Shown piece after piece: positions 28,651-41,734 of a stretch of DNA of 64,000 bases (positions within the stretch are counted from its first letter, which is position 1; every line of letters begins with the position of its first letter). The notes below the pieces were generated by a model. The model searched no databases. It saw only the letters and a program-made list of their open reading frames with translations, and was not told where the DNA came from. The position numbers were made by a program, and so were the translations under genes. The stretch is from NCBI GenBank assembly GCA_951406725.2, contig OX597824.1, positions 63,488,001 through 63,552,000 of the forward strand, given 5' to 3'. The DNA comes from Octopus vulgaris (Eukaryota).

Positions 28651-30993
28651 CATCGTTTTCCTCATTAAAGATGATGCCGCTTTTTATTTAAAAAGCTATA
28701 GGTATATTTTAATCAAGACAGTTATTAGCACTTCATACATTGTTGTTAATCAGGATTATGGGTCTATAATTTTTTGGTTCATTTGTTTCATCATTTTCTG
28801 GAAGTAGGAATGCTACACCACTAACTAGCCAAGAGGGAATCAGTCTAGCTTGTTGCAAAACATAGTTGTAAGGTTTTGCAAGCAGTTTATGGCTCTCTGA
28901 GATGTCATTCAACCAGAAGTCAGGAATTTATCCTTTCCTAGTGACTTCCATTTGCTTGACTTCCTGAGAGCAGATCGTACGTCCTCTGCATTGATACTCT
29001 CCCAATTTTTCTCTTCTAAGGACTGTAAGTCTATAGATATTCTATCAATCCAAGGTGCCTTTTCATTGTGTGTTTTTTCTTCTGTCCAAATTTTATCCCA
29101 AAATTCCTGTACTTCTTTTGATGGGACAGACTTTACTCTAATTGGTATTTTCCTTAACTTCCAGTAAATGTTTTTTGGGTTATGTTTCAACGTGATGTCT
29201 TTGAAGATCTAATGCACTCTTCATACCTTGCTATGCGGACGGCTTTAGCACATACCTGTTTGTATGGTGGTATCGATGTCAAATATTGTTTTCATGTTAT
29301 ATTTTTTTCTTCTTTTTGGTTTTTGTTGGTTTGATAGTCATGTCAAACTTAAGGTCTTTTAAACATTCTATGTCAGACCTAAGTAGCTGAATTTGGTTTT
29401 GCTTACACTCTTGCCAAGAAGGCTTTTTGTAAGTATGTTGTCGTTTTCCAATCTTTTCACCACACAGAATCGTTGAGATTTTCGCGGATGCATAGTACAG
29501 GGGGTTGAAATTTGTAATATCAACATCATTAGCTGAAATTATATTCTTAAGTTACAAGGTGGATTTTACCAATTATTTTCAAGTTTTGGTTAGAATTGCG
29601 AATTTTTGGGAGTGTGTCGCGTTCATTCATACTGGTTTCTTATTTTTCAGCCATAAAATTCTGATTTGATATTTTGGGTCAATTCTGTTGGGTCAATTTC
29701 TGTTTGACTTTCTTCTTCTATTTGATGTTCATCAGCCTTAGTGTTTATGTTTGGTTCAGCGAGTATTTCACTCTCCTTATCAGTTACATTAACTCTTTCA
29801 ATAATTATTGGATTTTCAAAAGCCCTGGGATAGTCTATAATTATTTCTTCTTTAGTATCATCTTTAGCTGCAGCTTCGTTTCTTTTATCCCTTACTGATT
29901 GTTTAATTTGGTCAATCTCTTATTCAGTTAGTAATTTCTTTTTCATGTTTCTTCTGACTTCGGCAAGTTTGTTACTGTCTATGTAGGGTCTTACTTCAAG
30001 GTTTTTCTGTCTTACCTTTAAGTAGGTTTGTTCAGTATTATATTTATTTGTGAGGAAATATGTGGCATGGTAGAAGGCCGTAAGAACTTCCTTATTATCT
30101 CCCCTAGGCCATTTTTCATTCATTTTCTTTTGGTTGTTTGTTGACGAGCATGGACGGCCATCTGATGGAATATTCCAGTTGTGGGGTACTTCCAGTTTCT
30201 GTGTTTCGCACTAGCTGATTTTTCATATTGAATCTGGTTCATCATTCGAGTACGAGGTCCCTGGTGTTCAGGTTGATGACCAATCGGGTTTGTATTTTGC
30301 TTTGTTATCATAGAGGCATGACGAGCTTGGACGTTGAAACTAGGGGACGGATCTGTCTTGTTTAGGGTTAATTTTTTGAGATAACACCGTCTCCGATTTC
30401 TCTGCATGTAAACATTTCTCGTAACGTAGCTTCTTAAGGCTAATAGATCTGTATTTTTTGTTGTTGTTGATAGATTTATCTCCGGGCATAGTTTCCTTTG
30501 TGTGTGTTTTAAACTTATGAATTGTTCACTCTGTCTTTGTTAGTTCAAAAAAAGTTTTTAATAGTTTTTCTTTGCTTTTTGCTTTTTGTTTTTACTTCGT
30601 TTGTGACACGTGTGTTCATATGCGTGAATATGTGAATATGTAAATTTCACGAGTTGTGTAAACATTGGGATGTATGTGTAGTAATATAGACATTAAAATA
30701 TATATATGATTGTGTAGACATTCGAGTGTATGCGTAATTACTCAATTTAGGTACTTACTCTTTTGTTCCATTTATATTTTATAATTTGTAAACTTACCGG
30801 TGTTGATTTCGCGTGTGTTTCGCACATGTTTCACTGCGACATCGTGAATAGGAGAAACTGCGTTGTATGGCAGTAAAATTTCGTTTTTGTGATTATTTTC
30901 GTTAAAAGACCGCTTCCTTCAAATCTTCCACAGGTTCCTTTATCCCGTTCCACCGATGTTAGATTAGATTTGTCTTTGAATGGGGCGCCCGGT

Positions 30994-30994
<1 letters not shown>
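28651..30994 (-). mobile_element. R4/Dong-type 5' half, family A-like (leader, N-terminal domain, start of RT), degenerate
   Basis: KWPRGDNKEVLTAFY...NKLAEVRRN N-terminal motif; EVQEFWDKIWTEEKTHNEKAPWID...KWKSLGKDK closely matches ORF 24209-25132; begins directly after a (TAA)n tract. Confidence 0.8.
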
Positions 30995-31030
<36 letters not shown>

Positions 31031-31037
31031 GTAATTA

Positions 31038-31225
31038 TGGCGGTGCGCTGGCAGAATCATTAGCACACATGTGAAATGCTTAGCGGTATTTCGTCTGTCG
31101 CTATGTTCTGTCATTCATCCTTTCGGGCTTGATAATCTAAGTACTATTTAAATCGTGGGGTCGATGCGATCGACTGTCCCCATCCCCACAAAATAGAGGC
31201 GTTGTGTCTATATTAGAAAGGATTA
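31038..31225 (+). mobile_element. SINE family B copy with an internal deletion
   Basis: GGCGGTGCGCTGGCAGAATCATTAGC head; AGAAAGGATTATT tail. Confidence 0.85.
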
Positions 31226-32419
31226 TTATTTTCATTAATATAATTATTATTATCATCATCATCATCATCATAAAATATATTTTAAAATATTACGTTCATA
31301 TGAATTTGTGGAATGTATCAATTAAACTATGGTCTCTGAAATCGTTTCACAAACGTTTCCCTTTGCTTCTTCATATTTTTAACACAGTAATATATATTAT
31401 TGATCATTCATTCCCATATGCTTTCTTAACTCATTAACATTATACTCTGACCTTTCTGACTGACCACCATCATTATCTTTACACTATTTTCAGAAAACCT
31501 TAAATTCATTCATCCATCATCCTGTACAAAATTACATGTAAATAATATACTGGACTCTATAAAAATACTTAGAGATATTCAAAAGAACAACGTTTAAAAA
31601 GTTTCTTCATATGATTTTATTTCAAGATACGTTAGGGAATTTGAAGGCTTCTAAATAGCTTCCAGAACAAATTTGCCAATAATAATGGTCACCGATTTAA
31701 TTAAACATTTATTCATATCTAAGGTCGTGAATATGAAGCTTAGATGAAACTAAAAGGGCTTCATACACAATCAACTGTAATACTGACATAACTGAAATTA
31801 AATTACATCGCCCACGTTTAATATACACAGCTTGACAATTTCATTAACTTACATATAATAATGCTCTTTTTGTTATTGTTTGCAATGTCTGACAGATAAT
31901 TCCGGTCTTTGTATCAGTTATTTCAGCTGTAGAGATGTGAGGGCATCTACAAAGCAGTTAATAATATTTTACTGCATTGAAAAGCAGTAAGAAAATTATT
32001 AAATGAATACACAGAATTTTGATTAATCTCTATAGAGACAGACTTCATTGATATTAATGCAGCATTCAATAAATTTACTAGCCCGTATTGTTACCAATAT
32101 TATAATTATTCCATTGGGACCTACTCTTCAGGTTTGCATTTAATGTGCTTGGAAGTAACCGTCAAGGTTTTAGGAATTTTTTTCTATCTCATTCCGTCTG
32201 CCGTTCATCTTCTCCAGCCATATATTCCATTCACCTTGGTGAATACTTAACGTTTATTTCATTAATTAATTACACCGTTAATCATATTCTGTCATCATTA
32301 TTTCTGAATCATGTCGTACAATGCAGGCACCATCAAACGCGCACAAACACACTCTCTCATACTCCTCCCTCTCTCTCTCTTTCCATAGGTATATATATAT
32401 ATATTCAACATGTGATCTC

Positions 32420-32620
32420 TTAAGCACCACCAGCTCAAATATTGTCTCCTCTGTCTTCCCTCCTTGGGATCTTTCCTTATCCTTGTATCCGACGAAGAGC
32501 TCCGCTCGAAACGTTAAACCCTCCTTCTCTTCTTTCCTGAGCGTCAATAATACTTTAATTGTTCCACGTCCTGCGTTGCTGTGTTTTCTTCTCTTTTTTT
32601 TTGTGTTTTCTTGTTTGGAT

Positions 32621-32625
<5 letters not shown>
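32420..32625 (+). mobile_element. Penelope-like terminal-repeat fragment with a hammerhead-like motif, ending in (TA)n
   Basis: CCGACGAAGAGCTCCGCTCGAAACGTTA; homologous to 50198-50368. Confidence 0.65.
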
Positions 32626-32655
<30 letters not shown>

Positions 32656-33524
32656 TCACTCATAAACGTCTTTTTCACCTTTATGTATTGCATTATTTTC
32701 TGTTTTAACCTCCTCAAAATAACCAACAGATACAGAGAATCGTTGTTACCGTTGATTCAATTTTGTTTCTTTGAGAGATTGTCATAAATATATGCTAAAC
32801 TTATATTAAAATAGATTTGCAAAATGGACCAAATTTCTGCTCGCAGCTATCATATCTGATACAACAAGACCTCTTCAGTTTGCCACCATAAATATTATAT
32901 TATATTTGAAATCTTCCTTCCATGAGTATTAATTTACATACATTATACGCCACCTGGCTATCACATGAAAAGCATTTACTCAAGTTTGTAGAAGAGGAAC
33001 TCTGACAACCTTCGTCATTGAATGAAATATTTTATTGTTCTTAATTCCCCAAAGTAAACTTAAATTTGAGGTCGAAACTTTTGACAGCGCATATGATATG
33101 TTGTTGAACTTTGTAAAGTATTTAGTATAATTGGAACAGAATGTTCCAAAGCGAGCCGCGTATTCTATTCGTTATACAAGCTATGCTTGTGAGCCGAATT
33201 CTTTTACAGTTGCAAAACTTCGCGAAATCTCTTGTGTTATATATTTTTCAAGGTACCAAATATTGAAAGGAAATTGTCAGAAGTATTTTGCTGAAATATT
33301 ACTTAGCAATCGAAATTGTCAAAAAAGATCGTTAAAATTGCCGAATAGATACTGGTAGTTTTAATTCACTAAAAAGCAATGGGAATGTTTGTTCTATAGG
33401 TATAGGATGCACGATCAGCCGAAATAAGACTAGGAAAAAAAAGACTGCTAAGTAGAAACGTGTCAAATATCAAGAACTTACTTCTCTGACTTTACCGAAA
33501 TCAGATCATCGTAAGATTGCGTAA

Positions 33525-33935
33525 ATGTGGCTGGGTGACGAGCAGTTTGCTTCCCAACCATGTGACTTTGGGTTCAGTCGGACTTCGTGACACCTTGACC
33601 AAATGTCTTCCACGATAGCCACGGGCCTTAACAAGGCCTTGTATGTGGATCTAGTAGATGGAAATTGAAGGAATTCCGTCACATGTGTGTGTGCGTCCGC
33701 ACGCGTGCGTGAGTGTGTGTGTGTGTAGTTACCCCACCACCACCACCACCGTTTGACAACTGTTGTTAGTTTGTTTACGTCACCATAATATAGTGGGTCA
33801 TCAAAAAGAACCCGATAGAATAAGTACCAGGTTTTAAAATAAGCACTAGAGTTGAGTTTTTTTCGGCTAAAACCCTTCACAGCGGTGCGCCTGCGTGATC
33901 ACAATTCAAAGACTGAAATATCTAGTAGATAACTG
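33525..33935 (+). mobile_element. SINE family A, near full length
   Basis: TGGCTGGGTGA A-box-like, GGTTCAGTC B-box-like, CACCTTGACCAAATGTCTTC core, internal TG tract, GATAGAATAAGTACCAGG 3' module. Confidence 0.88.
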
Positions 33936-35074
33936 ACGATAGTGATAGAATTTACAAATATTCTTAATGTTGCTTTTTATGTTGTATAATCCTTAGTCAC
34001 CTCTGATCGAACAAGTGTATAGATCGCACACATTATACAGAACGATCCACATATCTGATTCTAGACAAGTCATATCTTCTATTAGCTGAAAAATGCACTT
34101 CATACTTCAAAGTGTAGCTTGGGTATTTACTGCACAGTACAGGATGCAGGCATACAGTGTAATAGTCTATACATGCTAACAAGAAGTAAATTTCGAATGC
34201 AGTAAAGCTGTGAATACAGTAGAAAGATTGGGTATTTTCCCCTTATAAAACTGAAAAAAATGTTACCATCAGGCGGCTACTTATCCGTCTGTAAAATATC
34301 AAACACATTCGACGCTTCCAAAATTTGTTTATAAAATATTATCGCATGTCAAAAATATATTTATTAAGAAACTCACTGACTAATTGCGACACCAACGTCT
34401 GTTCTGGCACTGTTTTTCTATATATCGCTGATGGAGAGATGAGTTGCTACTATGTCTAGCGTTCGAGCATCCATCATTGACAAGACCAAGAAAGGTCGAA
34501 ATCACGTGAACTGGTGGTCTCGGCGCTGAAGATAACGGGGATTTCTTTCCCCGCTAGCATATAAACAAGAGTGCATTTTGTGCCAAAATCCAATACGAAA
34601 GTTTCACCCATGGTATCTACTGCAGTAAAATTTCTTTGAGCAGAACATCCAGGATTAAGTAGGGATACCTAGACTTGTCCTGGAAATAATAGTCCTGGAT
34701 ATAATAAACCAAAAGGACAAAAGAAACCAAAACATGAGATCACAGATTGAATGATAGTTGGATGGTTCAAGTTAAACACAAAGCCCATGATAAGACAATG
34801 TAGCCACGAGTATCACGCCAGTCAGGAAATGTAAGTTCGACACACAGTGATTACATGTCACTACTGTATAGCTACGGATAAGAATGTCCACTAGGCACTG
34901 TTAAATCCGTCTCACAGATACACATCGTCAATAATATAGATGATACTTTGAATTTTTATATTGATATATTCAATTTTACCCTCTGTCTGTATTTAATCCA
35001 ACTGTTTAAACCGTAATTATTTTCACCATCTTACATCAACTGTTTGGTTGCATTTAAGGAAAGCCGTCAACAGT

Positions 35075-35960
35075 TATTTAATTAAGCTGTTAGACTATAT
35101 TAATTAAACTGTCAGATTATGTTAATTAAAGAGTTAGACTTAAATGTATAATTAAAATGTCAGTGTCTATTTAATTAGACCATCTTCATTCAGACTAATT
35201 AAACGGCTAACCTATAATTTCATTTAACCGTCACGATATAATTCATCCGTTAAAGTGTTTAGCTAAACATTAGCCTTTATTTAAACAGTTAGAGTATATT
35301 TAATTAAAGCTCCAGAGTACAATTTAATTAGACCGACAGCCTATAATTTAATTAGATCGCCAGTCTATAATTTAATTAAACAGCCAGACTGCAATTTGAT
35401 TAAACCGACAGTCTATGACTTAATTAGACAGTTAGACTACTTAATTAAATTCTCTGAATATCACCAGTCAAGGCTATATTTAACAAATCTTTAGACTATT
35501 TAATTAAATCATCGGAATATTTGTAATGAAATCTGTAGTCTATATTTAATTACAACTACCTATCCGTCAGAATATTTAAATGAAACGTTTGAATATGTTT
35601 AATTAAACCATCAGACAGTATATTATTAAAACGTGTGACTATATACAATTAACCCCTCCAGAATATATCTAATTAAACAGTCGGACTACTTCACTACAAA
35701 TAGCTAGAATATATCTGAGTAGACCATCATACAACAATTAGAAAAGCTAAATATATTTATTTATACCGCCAGAGTCTATTTAATTAAAGAGCTAGGAAGT
35801 ATATAAGTAAATATCAGAATATAGTAAATTAAACTACGGAAATAATGCAATTAACCGAAAACTACATTCGCGTAACACACAGAAGTATTGAATGAAGCGA
35901 AATTATACAGCTAATTAAAACTGTGAGAATATATCTAAGCCACCAGATTTAATTAAAGAT
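35075..35960. repeat. Degenerate minisatellite, ~21-26 bp unit, consensus approximately TAATTAAACCGTCAGACTATAATT
   Basis: TAATTA-type cores start at 35101, 35123, 35149, 35172, 35196, then 35301, 35325, 35349, 35373, 35397 and 35421 (exact 24 bp phase). Confidence 0.85.
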
Positions 35961-35970
35961 ACATGATAGC

Positions 35971-36011
<41 letters not shown>

Positions 36012-36781
36012 CGTGGCAGAATTACGATCTATATATTCCATTTTTTTATTTTAAATAGGTTGGCCATCCACTATAATTAAGATTTTCGACTCGCAATTAC
36101 TTTCACATTCCACATATACTCTGTTTTATATTCGGCACGAGAAATGGACGAAACATGAAACTAAACTAAACGACGATTCACTTACCATTAGTTTTGAGAG
36201 GGTGTTCTTATTTTGGATACGTAGCTGCTATCAATCGGAGCTGAAGTTTTGATAGGGCACACCAGACTGAAGAGTAACAACCCTCTACAATAAATAAATA
36301 TGGCTTTGAATAAAATAAAGGTAATTACTCCGATGTTCTGCGCTCTGTGTCCAAATCCAATCCAGGTTAATTTTGCTTGATAGGGCAATTAAAACAAATA
36401 CCAGATTTTGGTTTGACGGTAATATTAGAGGAACGGACAGGATGGATTCCAGCATATGTTCCGACCTTTTGCATTTTGACAGCAACACCTGCTAAGGTCT
36501 ATGGGAACAAGTCGGCGGTCTTTTCCTTCAAATGAATTTCTTCCAAGCCTGTATATATATGCACAAATGCAAGTACAACTTTTGCTAAGGATGTCCTACG
36601 TCGACCCATGCATGACGATATATTTCAAGTAGTTCGCTGTACAGCTTTGCTATTTCGGATTGAACTACTTTGTGTGACACTTTTGGCAAGGCTTCCAGCA
36701 TTGCCACGGATCAACCAGTACTTAAAAAGCGAAATACATAGTGAGTACTTACAGTACTGTTAACTAAATAACATAGGAGTT

Positions 36782-36844
<63 letters not shown>

Positions 36845-37820
36845 TATCTGCCAGATTTCTTATAACTTACGATGGTTATAACGAATCTTTGACAAAGGAA
36901 GATGCAACAGAAAAGAACATTAGTATTCCATCTCTGCAAAGTATTTTTGTCAATCAGCATCATCTCCGGAACTGGTTCTTGGCTACGATTCGTAGTTGTA
37001 CAATAGTACATTCTATGTTAACCTCACTACACACAGGCAAACGTAATCTCTTCAATATCTTGTTAGACTATAATAGAATAAATGCTCTGTGGTTGTAAAT
37101 AAAGAGCCCACGATTACACAGTTAATTGTTGTTTATATCGAGGACAGTGTAAATTTTACAAGCTATTTTGTTTGCTTATCAGTCCGAGTTCATCTGATGT
37201 CTGACTGTCGCTCTGCAACAGCACGGCAATGATAAATGACTGATCGAATTACGGAAATACAATACGATTTTTCAATTTAGTTTCATTTGTTTTAATAATT
37301 GTTGAAGGACAGAAAGAAAACGTCTCGCTCATATAATCTTATTAAGTATTGGGTTGCAGAGATCATCTTAAATAATTATAAATATAGGATATCTAGATGA
37401 AGTCAGCCAATGGTAATTTATCCTTTTCAAGAACCATTTTTCTATAGATTTAAACTTAGTTGCTTGTATCGTTGTTGTCAACGCCGTTGTCATGTCGTTC
37501 ACGTTGTTTCCACGAATGCTGCCATACAAAGCGCTTGATCAGCTCTGATCCTGCAGAGCTATTATCAAAGACATGCCATCTACATACAAACCAACTAAAG
37601 TAGAGTGTAGTCTGAGGAAGATATTACAGCGATTTCTATGAATATAATTTTCCTCAGAGAGGCTCTTCCGCAAAACTCAGTACTACAAGCTTTAGTCCCT
37701 TTAAAGCAAATTGACATGACTGTGAACCTGTATATTACCAATAGGCACGTTCACAATCCCGTCTCGATCTAACTCTGCTACACTATCGCAAATGAACATC
37801 TTATTTGCTCTATAGTAATT

Positions 37821-38230
37821 ACTCTTTTACTCTTTTACTCTTTTACTTGTTTCAGTCATTTGACTGCGGCCATGCTGAAGCACCGCCTTTTAGTCGAGTA
37901 AATCGACCCCAGGACTTATTCTTTGTAAGCCTAGTACTTATTCTATCAGTCTGTTTTGCTGAACCGCTAAGTTACAGGGACGTAAACACACCACCATCGG
38001 TTGTCAAGCAATGGTGTGGGGACAAACACAGAAACACAAACATATACACACATACATATACATACATATATACGACGAGCTTCTTCCAGTTTCCGTCTAC
38101 CAAATCCACTCACAAGGCTTTCGTCGGCCCGAGGCTATAGTAGAAGACACTTGCCCAAGGTGCCACGCAGTGGGAATGAACCCGGAACCATATGGTTGAT
38201 AAGCAAGCTACTTACCACACAGCCACTCCT
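37821..38230 (-). mobile_element. SINE family A, full length (tRNA-derived head, CORE-like segment, (AGTAAAAG)n tail)
   Basis: Minus strand AGGAGTGGCTGTGTGG...GGTTCATTCCC...CACCTTGGGCAAGTGTC (resembles the CORE-SINE motif CCTTGGGCAAG). Confidence 0.92.
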
Positions 38231-38957
38231 AATAAATAATTATTGATGATTAAAATGACGTTGGACTGGAAATCTTATTAAATTTGAATCCTTTCCTGTT
38301 TCCGTTTTGAAGCAATAAAGCATGTATAATAACATACACGTGTTGATATTAAATTACCTTTTTTCTAGCGCAGTGGTCATTGATTTACGATTTGAAAGTG
38401 TTAATAATTAAATAATAAGACGGCATGACAATGATGTAACTGTAACTTCGCATGGTATTTATTGTATAATTTATTGGAGTTCAAGAAGATGATGATGATG
38501 TCATGGTGGATCTCTGTCGTTTGGCGATGAGGATTTGGTTGTTCATTCAACCGAATTGCTTACTCCTGAATTAACAAATAGTGTAATTTTAATGTAACTC
38601 CTAAAGTTTTCGTCTTTCCAATACCACACAAAATATAGAATCTGACCTTATGTTAGACCAGGATATCCTGCAGTAGAATCGAACCCCTATTCTCATGGTT
38701 GCGAAGTGAATGTCTCAAACATCGACAATAGTGCAACCTAAGAAGATGATATAAATGTTTTACAATGAACTGTCAACTGTTGTGTCAAGACATGCAGTTC
38801 ATTCGGTAAGCCTATGGCGCATTAGTTTAATGACTTATTTTCGATTTCTAATTTCCTTTCTTTAAGCCTTTTTCTCAGTTTATTGGGAAATATAGGAATA
38901 CCATGCAATTTATTGCTTCTTCTATATACATTATATTCGACTCTTGTACGGCGAATA

Positions 38958-39120
38958 ATATTGGTTTCAAATTTTAGTACAATGTCAGTAATTTTGGAGG
39001 AGGAGTAAGTCGATTACATTGACTCCCAGTGATCAACTGATACTTAATTTATCGATCCTGAAAGGGTAAAAAGTCGAGCCGGCAGAATTTGAATTCAGAA
39101 CGTAAAAGCGGATGAAATGA
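38958..39120 (-). mobile_element. SINE family B copy, partial
   Basis: Reverse family B body and tail. Confidence 0.8.
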
Positions 39121-39133
39121 GCGATTAATATTA

Positions 39134-39357
39134 TTCGGTTGGTGCATAATTATTGCGGCTTTTTTTCAACAAATTTTATTCAACAAAAACAATAACAATA
39201 TATTTAACAAAAACCTCTTTAAATGACGGTCTGACTGTCTCTCAAGTAAATGGGACACTGTAATTGAAGTAAATGGTGAATATGCTCCGAACATGCTTTT
39301 GTTTTTGTTGAATAAAATGTGTTGAAGATAAGCCGCAATAATTATGCACCAACCCAA
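39134..39357. mobile_element. mariner-type MITE with TA target duplication
   Basis: TA-TTCGGTTGGTGCATAATTATTGCGGCT...AGCCGCAATAATTATGCACCAACCCAA-TA; imperfect inverted repeats of ~60 bp. Confidence 0.92.
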
Positions 39358-41640
39358 TAGTTGAGCTTCATTACCTACAAATGTGTGATGGGACGCGGAA
39401 GCACTTTCGCTTAACTTAATGCTGTGATACACTTGGATGTTATTCACCTGATTTTTACTTTCTTGTATATGTCATTCCTAAAGATAGAATCCTGAAAACA
39501 ACTACACAGAAAGCCTATTTTTGAATTGATATACAAAAATATCAGATTATCTAAAGAATAAAACACTCTAATATATGGAAACTGTGTTGTTGTGACGCTC
39601 AGTCTTATTCTTAGAACTTTATAGATTTAAGTGAAAGGACTTGCCTCGTAATCAGGACACGACTTTGATTTCCTGAGAATTGAAATCTTTCTCCATACGA
39701 ACAACCAACATTTATTTGATAACTTATAACGACAAATATATGAAAAAGAATTCAAGTTATCGATAAATCCAATTCACTTTGCTTAGACATGAATTAGCTA
39801 AATTAAATGCCTAGTGTCTTGTGAAATATATTAATATTCGTTTGAAAACATGGAAGCATGGCAAATCAATCTGAGAGCAAGAGAAATAGAAAAACGAGAA
39901 AATAAAAATATATATTTGAAAGAACTTCTAAGAGGAATAATATGGAAATACAATTGAAAGAAAGAAAGAAAGAAAGTAAAGGGGTGAGTTCAGTGTGAAA
40001 GAGAGATCATATTGGAAACCAGAATTCAGTTATCTGTTGAATTTTATATTTAAATTCTGTTTATTGCTGTTGAGACTGAATTACTAAATAATGTAGTATG
40101 TATCGATATAATAGTTGATATAATGCAATGATATCTTTGAGTGAATGAAAAATAATTTAATAAGAACTAATGAAAACATTTTGAATTGTACTGCAATATG
40201 AAGTAAATTTCCATTCATTTGAATAAACACTGAAATTGTTTCGTGCTAAATCTTTCATCATAAACTGTAAATGTCCCTTGAGAAAACAATGAAGTGTATG
40301 TTAAGCGTTGTTCCCGTCTGATGTATCGTGTAAATAAATTCACACTGAAAACAGAAGCATATTAAGTGGTATTTTATTTTATTATCAAGAGGTTGCTTTG
40401 TAACAATCTAAACAATTATTAACAGCATTATCTTAAAAACACAGTATTCCATAGACCGTTGTCCGATTTTCATAGACTAAACAGAGTACCTTTACATATA
40501 GAGTACACGTGTAAAATAGAGAAAATTTCGAAAATGTTATTTTTATGTAAAAATCAATAGAGGAAATATTTCTAAAATGGAAATTTTTCTTGACGATAAT
40601 AATCACGCTGAAAATTTTGAACTAAAGGCAACTATTACTTATTTATCTACATTTGTTTATTTTATACCTCACTTTGTGGAAAACGGCGTCATTAGATATA
40701 TAAATTTTCAATAAACCAGTCATTGGTTCGCAAGAATGCAAAGTAATTCGATCTCGGAGACTTCATATGTACGTGGGCGATATATATATATATAAACATA
40801 GGTGCATATATATATACACACACATACACATACAAGCGCGCACACACACACACACACACACACATACACCCCCCACACACACATATATATATATATATAT
40901 TCCAGGAGAGAGAGAGGGACAGAGAAAGAGATGTGTGTGTATGCAAAAGATAGCAGATAGAGAATGGAAAATGTATAAGCACAACAGAATGGATTGAGCA
41001 ACACACTTGATTGCATAATGCTACCTTCGTTTCAACTGCATTTTACCAGTGGATCGTTGCTGAAAAATTACCATACAACGCATGAAATAATACATCATAT
41101 TGCTGGTAAGGGTCAATTCTTCAGTTATCAGCAAAGAGAGTTTCCATATTCTGCAGAATATATACTTCATGTTGAATGCATCCTGCACGTTGTTCCTATT
41201 TCAATCATTTCAATAGCATATCACAGTTAATAGAAAAATATATATACACCATTAGATAGTAAATCACAAATTCTCTTCGACCTTGAAGAAGGGCTTGGAA
41301 ATAAAATACAATATAAAATGAAAATAGGGAAATAGCAAGTTATATAAATAAACGGATAAAACACATATAGTCTTTCTCAATAGTTCCCAACTCTTGATAT
41401 TAAGTGTCTCCCCCAAGGTCAGTAGTTCGTTTGAGCACATCATTCAGTGTGATACCGCATTCTTTACCCAGAGCTGACGTCCCTCTCGAACTGATTTACA
41501 ATTGAACTCTATCTTATTATTTTCCTTGTTCGTACAATAGCATTATGTGTATATATTGAAGAAATAAGCCTTTGTATGTAGCCAGTAAATTAAAATTCTG
41601 GAGAATGGATAGAGGAATTAGAAACCACATTCTATTCGTT

Positions 41641-41734
<94 letters not shown>

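Noticed and set aside
35075-35960. CRISPR-like repeat-spacer array
   Set aside because: The unit is only ~24 bp, the spacer parts are homologous to each other, there are no cas genes and the context is eukaryotic
36500-36548. Minus-strand peptide LGRNSFEGKDRR resembling a p53-family motif
   Set aside because: Lacks the invariant RxCACPG core and any flanking similarity; treated as chance
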